Part shown: positions 52,087-64,000 of the stretch, in pieces
How positions within the stretch are numbered: the stretch's first letter is position 1
How the letters are laid out: each line of letters begins with the position of its first letter
NCBI GenBank assembly: GCA_036785375.1
Contig: JAWMAR010000011.1
Span: 9,424,001-9,488,000 of the forward strand
Length of the DNA stretch: 64,000 nucleotides
Direction of reading: 5' to 3'
DNA from: Leucoraja ocellata
Lineage: Eukaryota
Program-made: the position numbers and the translations under genes
The notes under the pieces: model-generated
The model's input: the letters and a program-made list of their open reading frames with translations, nothing else
Database searches by the model: none
Told to the model about the DNA's origin: nothing

Positions 52087-54770
52087 ATCCAGCTATGTGA
52101 GGAAGAATATACTTGCAATTGGGGAGCAATGTGGGACTGGTCCCTTGAGAAGAGATAAAGCCATTGCACCTATTTGCTGAGTGTAGACAAGGTAATCTCT
52201 TTGAAACATACAACATTTTTATGGAGTTTGACAGGGTAGATGGGGGGTGGGGTGCGGGGTATTGCTTCCCCTGTCAAGAATGTCAAGATCCGAGGGTTAC
52301 AGTCTTTAAAAGTAAGGAGTGGACCATTGAGTACGAAAATGTCTATACGTTTATTTAACCAGGGTAAGGAATCTTTGGAATTCTCCATGCAGGAAGGCTA
52401 TGGAGTCTTCAAGACAAGTTGATTGATTTTCAGATATTAAAGAAATCAAGGGCAATGGGGTTCGTACAAGTAAATGGCGTTCCAGTAGAGGATCAGACAA
52501 TAGACAATAGACAATAGGTGCAGGAGTAGGCCATTCGGCCCTTCGAGCCAGCACCGCCATTTAATGTGATCATGGCTGATCATTCCCAATCAGTACCCCG
52601 TTCCTGCCTTCTCCCCATATCCCTTGACTCCGCTATTTTTAAGAACTGGAGGTGGTATGAAGAATCAAATAACCTGGATTAAATAAAGTCTACTTTATTT
52701 TATGATCACCAACAACCAAGGATTAAAATTCAATTTCAGTTGTGAATGGTTTACATTTCATTTACTTCACACAGAGGGTGATGAACATGTAGAACACATT
52801 GTTAGCTACAGTGGAAACAGGTAGAGCTGGAACATTGAAACAAACTGTAGTTTTAATGGAAGAAAACTGCAAGGGTTAAAGGAAGAGAATAAAGTGACAT
52901 GTTTTTGTTTAAACTTGGTTACAGTCATAGATTCCAATTGTGATTTCCAGACCCAAAGACTCCAATGTTCTTAAGTGCATGTTGTTTCAATTTACAATCG
53001 TAAAAGAGCCATTTTACCACAGAAAAAGTATCTTAAAATTGTAAGTAGAATTTATAGTTGCAACCACCAAGTCCAAAAATCAGCAAAATGACAATAAGAA
53101 ACTACGTGACGTGGGCCATTCACGATATACAACCTCAACAGAACAGGAGTTTTTGTGTAGTTTTGAAATCTATCCTGCAGACATAATAAATGACATGTAT
53201 TATCAGTCTCACTCTGTATCCTCTGTGTAACAATTTCTTCAGATAAAATGTCAATTGAAATTTGTGATTGCTTACAGCGTCTTTTCAAAAATTACGACGA
53301 TACATAACTAAGCAAATAAAGATAAAAATATAAAGTTCTTACCTTTATCTGTTATTGCCATGTCCTCTTTTTGATAAGATCTCAGATATTGAACTGCAGT
53401 GATCAAAATCTCTGTTCCTCTGGTGTATGACAGCACTTGCAGATTATTATTTTCATTTTTTGATGTGCTCAGAATTCAGCAGTAGCATTGTGAAAATACA
53501 TCAGTAAACTCAAAAGATCGTACATGAACGGTTCCTCAAATATGTCAGATTATTAGCAATCGTGTGTCTTCTGGTTCACCAACATCAAAACCCAAATAAT
53601 TTCTTCAAAAATGTGCCAATATTGCTTATATACTTTACTGATTTAGCAATCACAGAAACAAGAAAAATAATATAGCTCAGTTACCAAAAGGCTTAACAGT
53701 TAATAATAATTAGGAGAGGAATCAAAGAAAACTTTATTAGTTTCATCATAAAACAGCTTGACAACATGAGAGCACCAAAATCTTACTTTCCTTACAACAA
53801 GCTATTTTACTCATTTAACTTATGGACTCACAAAATTGGATGATCATATATGTTTCTCTGGAAAGCCATATAATCATACATCTAATGCTAGATTAAAAAT
53901 AAAATATTCTTCATTTTTAGTTTAGACACCCCAGTTATATATATTGCAACTTATTTTGTTGCAAGGAAACACGTCAGAAATGCATATACTAATGAGTCCA
54001 TATATTTTTTTGGTAAGAGTTGTTTTGTTGGGTATTTTAGCTAGTATATACTAGTAGAGAAAGCAATAGATTTAAACAAGTAGATTAATAGATCCATAAG
54101 CATAGCACTCCGCAGGTTTATTCAAAAAATAAGTTCTAAAAGAATGTCTCAAAATATGCCCCAAAAAAACTATACAAAAGTGATGTCAACCATTTGATGG
54201 ATACAACATATCAGGGATCCTCCACAACACAGATCAACCTCCAAGTGATATATCAGCTTGTTAATTTAGCAAAGCAAGTTAAAAATGTGTCACTTTTATA
54301 ATTTATAGAGATGCCACCCATGCCTGATTTTGTTTTGCAATACACATACTGAATTATATGGCAACCTGAATAAACTATTAAGGAGCACTGATGCATTCAA
54401 ATGAGAAAATATTGCACACTAACTAATCTACACCTTGCCAGGCATCATCCATAGCTTCTTTCCTCACCTAGTCCAACCAAGAAAGATGAAAAGCTCCAAA
54501 ATGTCTGTCGCTACAATGAGCAATATTAGACATTTCTTATTAAATTAGAAATTACAAACATTTACAATTCAGTGCTCTGTACTTCGATATTACAATGAAC
54601 ACTGATACAAGGAATGAATTAATGTTGCAATCTAGTTACTTGCCTTTTGTACAACAATAATTTCATGACCCAAATGATTCTGTGTTTTTGAATGAATTAA
54701 TAAAATTTCCTGGTGAATAGGGGCTACTAGTTTATCCTACATTGTTGAGGTACGCTATCTAGACCTAGGA

Positions 54771-56321
54771 ATTCTGGTTCAATCAATAAGCATGGGCTCA
54801 GGAGATGGCCACGTGTATTTAGAACATTTTATGGAGGGTTATGGATCAGGCACTCACTATTAATCTTGGGCAGATTTTGAAAAGTATTGAGACCTCAAAA
54901 AAAATTGTTGGAGAATGGGGAGGTTAGAGAAATGTTGTTGGCACTGGTGTGAGAGGGGAGGGGAAGAGGCAAGATGAAGAGGCTGCAGATCAGAGATGTC
55001 CAAGAGATCAGAGAGTATTGTGTTCAGTGTACAATCAGAGTACATTGTGAGGGAAATGGGACAAAAATGTAGAGACATATTTCACTTACTTGGAGGGATG
55101 TTAATCCAATGCTGTGCTGGTACTACCACATTTTTCCAGTTATGCCCAATGAGAGGTGTGTTGCATGAAAAATTAAATCTAGAATAGAATCTAGAATACT
55201 CTCTAGAATTTAGGAGATTGAGAGGGGATCTTATAGAAACTTACAAAATTCTAAGGGGTTGGACAGGCTAGATGCAGGAAGATTGCTCCCGATGTTGGGG
55301 AAGTCCAGGACAAGGGGTCACAGCTTAAGGATAAGGGGGAAATCCTTTAAAACCGAGATGAGAAGAACTTTTTTCACACAGAGAGTGGTGAATCTCTGGA
55401 ACTCTCTGCCGCAGAGGGTAGTCGAGGCCAGTTCATTGGCTATATTTAAGAGGGAGTTAGATGTGGCCCTTGTGGCTAAGGGGATCAGAGGGTATGGAGA
55501 GAAGGCAGGTACGGGATACTGAGTTGGATGATCAGCCATGATCATATTGAATGGCGGTGCAGGCTCGAAGGGCCGAATGGCCTACTCCTGCACCTAATTT
55601 CTATGTTTCTATGTTTCTAAATCATGCAGAATTAACTTTTAAGATCGAAAGAGTGATTTACGATAGGTAGTGCTTGGTTAAATTTTCAAAGTGACACAAA
55701 ATAATCCAGAACATCTTGTTATTCTATTGCACCCAAGGGTAGACCATTTCCAATTGCATAAAACTAAAAAATAATGTTATGCAATTGAATTTAATTGATG
55801 GAATATCGCATACTAAACTATTTAGAACTACAGTAAACAAAAATGGACCTTTCAATCAGATTCAAATTCAGATTCAGATTCAATTTTAATTGTCATTGTC
55901 AGTGTACAGTACAGAGACAACGAAATGCATTTAGCATCTCCCTTGAAGAGCGATTCTGGTTCAATCAATAAGCATGGGCTCAGGAGATGGCCACGTGTAT
56001 TTAGAACATTTTATGGAGGGTTATGGATCAGGCACTCACTATTAATCTTGGGCAGATTTTGAAAAGTATTGAGACCTCAAGAAAAATTGTTGGAGAATGG
56101 GGAGGTTAGAGAAATGTTGTTGGCACTGGTGTGAGAGGGGAGGGGAAGAGGCAAGATGAAGAGGCTGCAGATCAGAGATGTCCAAGAGATCAGAGAGTAT
56201 TGTGTTCAGTGTACAATCAGAGTACATTGTGAGGGAAATGGGACAAAAATGTAGAGACATATTTCACTTACTTGGAGGGATGTTAATCCAATGCTGTGCT
56301 GGTACTACCACATTTTTCCAG
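54771..56321 (+). repeat. 369-bp direct duplication (54771-55139 and 55953-56321)
   Basis: Constant offset of 1182 bp; one visible mismatch (AAAAAAAA vs AAGAAAAA). Confidence 0.95.
55195..55619 (+). mobile_element. Young CR1 LINE 3' end
   Basis: RGHSLRIRGKSFKTEMRRTFFTQRVVNLWNSLPQ; tail (TTTCTATG)n. Confidence 0.95.
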
Positions 56322-58890
56322 CATTTAGGTCAGTCATTCTGTCAGCATATCCACTATTCCCTTTTCCTTCTTACGTTTATTTATCCTTTCATTAAAAACA
56401 TCATGTTCTGCATTCTTTCCATAAATGCATCCAAACACTCATAACTCTCAAGATAAAGAAATTGCCTCTGAATTCTCCATTTAATTTCTTGCCCTATAAG
56501 GACGGCAGTCAGTATAGTTGTACTTTATAAATAGACTGTTTCCCTTTGTGTCTCTTTTATAAAGGTCTTTCATAATTTTAAACTTCTCTATTAGGTAATC
56601 CTTCAAACAATCCTTTCAAGCAAGAAAATCAATGTAAAATATTTGAGTTGGTTTTGTATCAATAAAACAGGATAAAATTGTTATGAAAAATTAAATTTGC
56701 AGAGATAAAGTTCTTGAAGTAGGATCTCCTCACAAGTAAGACATTATACAAAACAGCAGATTACACACATTTCACTGTTAAAAAATTAACTATGTATATT
56801 TAAAGAGAAACCCCTAATTGTCTGAAGATAACATAAATGTACTTCTTAATAGCACACACAAGGTTTGAGCTTCAAAATTAAACCACCTTCTTTGCTCTCT
56901 TGGTTGGTGATTCATAAACACAGAATGGAATAGTAATAGATTTTACTCAGTTTAAAAAAACAAGGTCTTTTAAAATTGGGTTTCACAAGTAGTTGGACAT
57001 ATCTATAAAATAAAGTCTATTGCTAATGTCTAAGATTACTGGACAGCATGGTAAAATTTCACCTTCTGCAGATTAAACAAGGGCGATGCGTCATCACCCC
57101 GAGTAAATAGTCTGGTGACCCAAACTATTCACGAAATGTAACAGCTCCATCTGCTGACAAAAAACACCTTACACCTTAGAACTGCATGCCACTGTTCTAA
57201 AAAATTTTATTTTGGTAATTTTTATAAACAAATCATCCAGTAATAAACAAAATTTAACATACAATTTAATGATTTCAATCTAAAAAGAGGTGATTTGCTG
57301 TCAAATTATGATATTAAAAACTAAACTGAAAATGAAACTCTTTTCTTAGAAAACAGAACACAAGTAACAGAGATATAACATACTAGAGTTAGATAATTTG
57401 GAAGTGACTGTCACATAATCCAAGGTCATCAGATCAGATAGAATCTATTCTTCTGAATCATCACACAATATGTTGTAACGTTGATGTTTTATGTACAAGG
57501 GTCTCGACCCAAAATTTCTATTCCTTTTCTCCAGAGATGCTGCCTGACCCGCTCAGTTATTCCAGCATTTTGTGTCTATCTTAGGTTTTCTTATTGTCAC
57601 CTTCACCACATTTATAATTAATAATAATAAATTTATAAATAATAAAAAAATCAATTATTGAACTGAATAATTTGATTAATTATTTGATTTCAAATGCTTT
57701 CATAATCAAGCGCCTTATTGATTATAAACCAATTTCAATAAAGAACTACTGTAAATAAACCTAAAATAAACATCATTCATAGTTGGCTGAGTTTAGCTAT
57801 TGGTCTTCACACATCAAATAAAAGTAACACCCTATTAACTTAAACAAAGGAGAATCAAACAAAACTTAATTTACAGCAGTGCGCATTAGAAAGGAAAACA
57901 ACTGAGGATTTTGAAATCTGCTAAATGAATATTGTAAATTGTAAACAGTTTGTAGCGTTTTAGGACTGACCATCCAACGGTATATTTCTTCCAAAAACAT
58001 TCAATCCCACTTCTCCCATTTGCAATCACTCCTTTGTGAGGATTTTGTTGCCATTCCTCTTCCCTCCCAGCTTTTGAACTCACATTAACTGTGAAAGGGC
58101 CATTTGCTTCCCCCCCCCCCCCCCTCAATTACTCCCTCTAACGACCAAAACTGATAAAACAAAGATATATCCTTTAAAAACCGTCCAAGTAATGTTGCTC
58201 CAAAGTCTAGTCGCAGGAAAGATGCGGATATTGAAGAACTGGCACAAATCCTTAGCTTCCACAAAATTATTGAATTTAGAATAGTAGAGTACAGTGAATA
58301 CAACTGTAACGAATATATACACATGACAAAGTAATGTGATATTTGCAGAATTATTTAATTTCCATTGAGTACCATAACTACATATGCAGTGGTATTAATA
58401 AAGCATTTGCTCTGAATAAAGAAGAATGATACACATGTTAGAATGATACATGTTTAGATTGGCCTGTAGAATGTCAGCAGCCATTCTCAAACCTAAAATT
58501 TAATCTTTATCTTTAAGATTATCTGTGAAGGAAGCAGTGATTTGAAATACAGCCTATGCAGGCCAACAAACAGGATACTGTCTCTTTCTAATTTAGATTA
58601 GAATTACCCAATGCCCACTTTTTCTTTGTCATTCCAACTCTTCTAAATGGGTCACCTCCCCCTTTACAAGAGTCATAGATATGCAACACCAATGTTATTC
58701 CGTGGATCAATCAGCAAGCCAGCATTGACCACTATAAGCAACAGCATAATTTTATTTTATAACTTCACATATAATATGGAAACCATAACTAATAGGTTGG
58801 TTAAACTGCCAGCCACAGCTTAAAAACCGATCAATAAAAAGCAAAAAATAAATATTAATTTTCTAGGGCACATCATATGTGTAGACTTAC

Positions 58891-59700
58891 CTGGCAAGTT
58901 AGACTTCAGTCGATCTAGTTCCTCTTGAAGCTGTCGAATTTTCTCTTGTAGTATTACACAATTTGGACAGTACGATGTGGGCTGGCTTTTTGGAAGATCT
59001 TCCTCAGCCACAGCCCTGTGCTGTCCACCTGAATTCTCTGGTGGCAAAGCACTGCTGTTTTCTTCAGTATTTTGAAGGAACCCAGAGTCCATTGTTTGGA
59101 GAAAACCAGTATTTAAATGCTTTTCATTTACTTTTTGTTGGGATCTGAAGTCTCCTTCACCTCTGGTGCCTGATTGAGATAGAATACTTTGCTGTGAAGA
59201 AGTTCCTGGCCTGTTGAATGTGTCTCCTTCGTGATGCCTGAGCCTTTGCCGAACAGGAAATTGATTGTCCATTGATGATGGATATTTTGTTTGTGCTGTA
59301 CTCAATTTATTGATTTCATGTTCCTGTCCACTGCGGGCTACAAACTGAGACCTTTGAGGTACAGGAGATGAGGTAGTTAGAAGATTGCTAGTTTGCTTCA
59401 TAGAACATACATGTTCAAATGGACCCCGACCAGAAATTGGACAACCAAGCTTTTCTCTTGGACTATCAACTGGCAAATCATGGATGCTTTTAAACAATTG
59501 TTCCAGCTTCTTCTTTTTAGGGCTTGGGCTGCAGTCGCCATCTTTGTTGTCACGTTTTCCACCCTTGTTGGGATTGGTATTTTCCAGTCTCTCAAAATCA
59601 TCCTTATTTAGAATCCCTGGTATTCTGGAGGTCCCTGGATCTCCAGTGGGTTTTTCAGTGGAATGTCTTCCTAGGCTAGCCTTCTTGCACTTTGCTGCCG
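58891..59700 (-). CDS. PRDM11: PRDM11 internal coding exon (post-PR-domain region with NLS-like PKKKK and CxxC + coiled coil)
   Basis: Acceptor CATTTCAG|CG at 59701/59700 and donor CCAG|GTAAGT at 58891/58890. The exon is 810 bp, open and phase 1-1. It encodes SPSPKKKKLE and PTSYCPNCVILQEKIRQLQEELDRLKS, matching the recalled vertebrate PRDM11 motif TSFCPNC...VRELQAELDMLKS. Confidence 0.9.
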
Positions 59701-60129
59701 CTGAAATGGTACATTATGTAAATTACTGCCAAAATACAGGGTTTGAATGTCATTTTTTGAGCTCACAGAAATGACTTCTGAAGAAATGATCATGTTCACA
59801 GTATTGCTTATATAAAGTCACCGAGAAAAAGGAGCATTGGCATAATGAGCTTGACCATATCGCTTACCATGAACTAAAATAATTTGGTATGGAATTACTT
59901 TGTTCTTTTCACATATCACATTTCTCAATGTGAGCATAGTTCAGTGAGAACTGGTATACCAATAAACAGGTAGATAGAAGTACTTGGAATTAACATACGT
60001 CATAAACATTTGTCAATCATACAAAATATAAATGTATTTAAGTCCAGTTTAAATTCTGCATTAAAGAATTTATCATGGAGTTTTAGGCCAAAGTATTTTA
60101 ATTTAAAGAAAAGAGAATATTTATTTCTG

Positions 60130-60575
60130 TTTATATTCAGTTTTGGTCACCCTCCTATAGGAAAGATGCCATTATGATGGAGAGTACAGAAAATATAAAT
60201 ATTCTTATGCTACCTGGACTTGAGGGACTGATTTATAGGGAAGAGTAGGAGACTGAGCGATGATCTTACACAGGTGCATAAAATCATAAGGGGCCATACA
60301 TAGGGTGAATGCACCCAATATTTATATTCCCAAGGGTTGGGGAATCAAGAACTTGAGGGCACGGGTTCAAGGTGAGAAGGGAAACTTTTTCAAATAGGGC
60401 GGTATGTATATGGACCACGCTATTGGAGGATGTAGTTGCGGCAAGTACAATAACAAGGTTTAAACAACATTTGTTCAGGTATATGGATTGGAATGGTTTA
60501 GGAGGATATGGGTCAAATTAAGACAAATAGATGAGTTGGGCCAAAGGGTTTGTTTCCGTGCTGTATAACTCTAAA
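60130..60575 (+). mobile_element. Degraded CR1-type 3' fragment
   Basis: CAGTTTTGGTCACC...GGGCACGGGTTCAAGGTGAGA...TTTCCGTGCTGTATAACTCTA. Confidence 0.7.
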
Positions 60576-61105
60576 TGGTGCACTTATAAGGAGACAAGAG
60601 AAACTGCAGATGTTGGAATCTTGAGCAAAACACAAAGTACTGGAGGAACTCAGCAGATCAGGCAACATCTGTGGAGGGTGGTCCTGAAGATCATTATATT
60701 CATGACGTTCCCTATTATTGCCCTAATGATAAACCAGAAAAGGTATTCACTTCATTCTATGTTAATATTTATGAGGATGAATAATTCTGCAAATTACATG
60801 AGAAATTACTAATTCCATATTTATTTTCGAGCGACAGAAAACCAAAAAAATCACTATTTTGTTGTGTTCCATTCCAGACAAAGTATTTTAAATAGATTAA
60901 TGTTAAATAATGAAGTTACTTCACAAAGAGTCACAAGCGCATGAGCTGGTTCTCAAGGTTTTTCTTCACATCAGATCAAACTTAATACTCCTCAGATCTC
61001 CCAATGGGTGTTTAATTTATACAGCTATTTAAGATCAAAAGATATCAATCAATTACTTACGTTAATAATGTGAAGTTTGTAAAGTAGAATACACAATGAC
61101 TGATA

Positions 61106-62766
61106 CAGTGCCCTCCATAATGTTTGGGACAAAGACCCATCATTTATTTATTTGCCTCTGTACTCCACAATTTGAGATTTGTAATAGAAAAAAAATCACA
61201 TGTGGTTAAAGTGCACATTGTCAGATTTTAATAAAGGCATTTTTATACATTTTGGTTTCACCATGTAGAAATGACAACTGTGTTTATACATAGTCCCCCC
61301 CCATTTCAGGGCACCATAATGTTTGGGACACATGGCTTCACAGGCGTTTGTTATTGCTCAGGTGTGTTTAATTGCCTCCTTAATGCAGGTATAAGAGAGC
61401 TCTCAGCACCTAGTCTTTCCTCCAGTCTTTCCATCACCTTTGGAAACTTTTATTGTTGTTTATCAACACGAGGACCAAAGTTGTGTCAATGAAAGTCAAA
61501 TAAACCATTATGAGACAGAGAAACAAAAATAAAACTGTGAGAGACATCAGCCAAACTTTAGGCTTCCCAAAATCAACTATTTGGAACATCATTAAGAAGA
61601 AAGAGAGCACTGGTGAGCTTACTAATCGCAAAGGGACTGGCAGGCCAAGGAAGACCTCCACAGCTGATAACAGACAAATCCCTCTATAAAATCCCCAAAC
61701 ACCTGTCTGACAGATCAGAAACACTCTTCAGGAGTCAGGTGTGGATTTGTCAATGACCACAGTCCGCAGACGACTTCATGAACAGAAATACAGAGGCTAC
61801 ACTGCAAGATGCAAACCACTGGTTAGCCGCAAAAATAGGATAGTCAGGTTACAGTTTGCCAAGAAGTACTTAAGAGAGCAACCACAGTTCTGGAAAAAGG
61901 TCTTCTGCACAGATGAGACGAAGATTAATTTGTATCAGACAGAGTGATGGCAAGAGCAAAGTATGGAGGAGAGAAGGAACTGCCCAAGAACCAAAGCATA
62001 CCACCTCATCTATGAAACACGCTGTTGGGGCTGTTATGGCCTGAGCATGTATGGCTGCTGAAGGTACTGGCTCACTTATCTTCAATGATGATACAACTGC
62101 TGATGGTAGTAGCATAATGAATTCTGAAGTGTATAGACAAATCCTATCTGCTCAAGGTTCAAACAAATGCCTCCAAATGCATTGGCCGGCGAGTTCATTC
62201 TACAGCAAGACAATGATCCCAAACATACTGCTAAAGCAACAAAGGAGTTTTTCAAAGCTACAAAATGCTCAATTCTTGAGTGGCCAAATCAATCACCCGA
62301 TCTGAACCCAATTGAGCATGCCTTTTATGTTTATGCTGAAGAGAAAACTGAAGGGGACTAGCTGCCTAAATAAGCATAAGCTAAAGATGGCTACAATACA
62401 GGCCTGTCAGAGCATCACCAGAGAAGACACCCAGCAACTGGTGATGTCCATGAAACACAAACTTCAAGCAGTTATTGCATGCAAGGGATATGCAACAATA
62501 TACTAAACGTGACTACTTTCATTTACATGACACTGCTGTGTCCCAAACATTATGGTGCCCTGAAATGGGGGGGGGGGGACACTATGTTTCAACACAGCTG
62601 TAATTTCTACATGGTGAAACCAAAATGTATAAAAATGCCTTTATTAAAATCTGACAATGTGCAATAACCACATGTGATTTTTTTCCATTACAAATCTAAA
62701 ATTGTGGAGTGCAGAGGCAAATAAATAAATGATGGGTCTTTGTCCCAAACATTATGGAGGGCACTG
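61106..62766 (+). mobile_element. Full-length but inactivated Tc1/mariner DNA transposon
   Basis: TA-CAGTGCCCTCCATAATGTTTGGGACA ... TGTCCCAAACATTATGGAGGGCACTG-TA. Long (~200 bp) TIRs with an internal repeat of CATAATGTTTGGGAC. Transposase fragments [19 protein letters not shown] and SPDLNPIE lie in shifted frames; the start appears mutated to ACG. Confidence 0.97.
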
Positions 62767-64000
62767 TATATGCAACAAATTAGGCAAGAGTGCAATACGA
62801 AGCTGGTGAAAAATTGAGTGGTTTTACAAGCCATAGCAATAAAGCTCAAGCTATTGATTAACGTTACCCAATTTTGTCAGAGAAATGTACTGTAGTGACC
62901 TTGCATATATGCCGAAAACAAATTAGAATCCATGGCCAATTTTGTAACATTTTTAGAACTTTTCATTCTTGCTGGCAAAATATATCACAATAAATAGTAG
63001 AATGTAAGGATTGTAGGCTTAGGCTTCAGTACGTGGTCTAAACTGTAATATTTGCAATACTGCGGTATCGCCGGCATGATAAAGAGTACACAGCTAGGTT
63101 TTGTTGATAAGTTTACAATGCCACCAAATTCCAGTGCGCATAATCTTGAATATATTACCAAACATTACAATTTTTCTAAAATATTTTTTTAATTTAAGTT
63201 TCTGGATCTTCCTTGTGGATGGTTTAATGTGGTGCATAAATGTTGTTATTGCTTTCCATGTGTTTTTCCAAGCAGTTAAATTTTGGCAATGGAATAGTTT
63301 AAAAGTACTTATTTTTTATGTACACACAACTACATAATTTTGAAAAAAAAGTTGAGAATACATGCAAATAAACTACACACTTTTACATTTATAGCACAAA
63401 GCTGAAACCAGTAAAATATTTTGGTGATATGCATAGGGCAAGCATGGGAAACTTCTGTGAAACATGGAAGCATGGATTACTAACTTGTGAGCATGAGAAT
63501 ATAAAGCCTTCAAGGAAAAGTGGACATTTACTGCAACCATAGACATCTGTGAATAAATATCAAGACTGTAAAAATAAATAATTCACAAACACTTTATTAC
63601 TGAATTTAGAGGGTTCATAATTATTTACATTAGTATAAAAACCTACCGCTCATTTTTGTAAACTAAAGGCACGATTACAAATTATTTTTTCAATTCCACA
63701 TTGAATTTTTTAAATTCGATCTATAATTCAGTAGTCAGAAATACAAGAATGTTACAATATATCAAAAATATTTTGATGTTCTGCATCCTTTCGTTTATTT
63801 CATAATGTGTTACACATACAAGTGAAGTAACAGTGTGTTTCAAATGAATATGACTAAACATCTACGTAAGATGTGATCAATACTTAATTATATTTGGTAC
63901 ATTTTTAAAAGTCAAAAATTTGAGATAAATATTCAAAGGCTAAATTCATCTTTATGATATTAAATTTCATTTCCAAGTTTCAAAATGCTAACCTTCTTAC

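Noticed and set aside
53343-53393. Possible 51-bp phase 1-1 cassette exon (CTGCAG|TT...AAAG|GTAAGA)
   Set aside because: Good donor but weak pyrimidine tract and no recognisable peptide; expected by chance without transcript data.

Overview
AT-rich vertebrate genomic DNA. The repeat content (CR1 LINEs, V-SINEs, Penelope remnants, Tc1) points to a cartilaginous fish, probably a skate or ray; this is an inference. The window holds the 3' half of PRDM11 on the minus strand: an 810-bp phase 1-1 internal exon (58891-59700) and the large terminal exon encoding a TTF-type zinc finger plus a ZNF862-like hAT-transposase domain (12977-15159). The PR/SET exons lie outside the window. Main finding: the 43.7-kb intron between these exons contains three more minus-strand exons with GT-AG sites and matching phases (40691-39322, 34117-33895, 28815-28679). 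Spliced onto the 58891 donor, they give a 19 x 11-aa Gln/Pro/His repeat followed by a complete BEN domain split over two exons. The locus therefore appears to offer alternative C-termini: BEN, hAT-transposase-derived, or a short intron read-through. The rest of the window is interspersed repeats (CR1, RTE, Rex1-like, Penelope with hammerhead-like cores, SINEs, Tc1, hAT and PIF/Harbinger MITEs), two local duplications and a branched palindrome. Splice models are read from sequence only; no transcript data or database searches were available.
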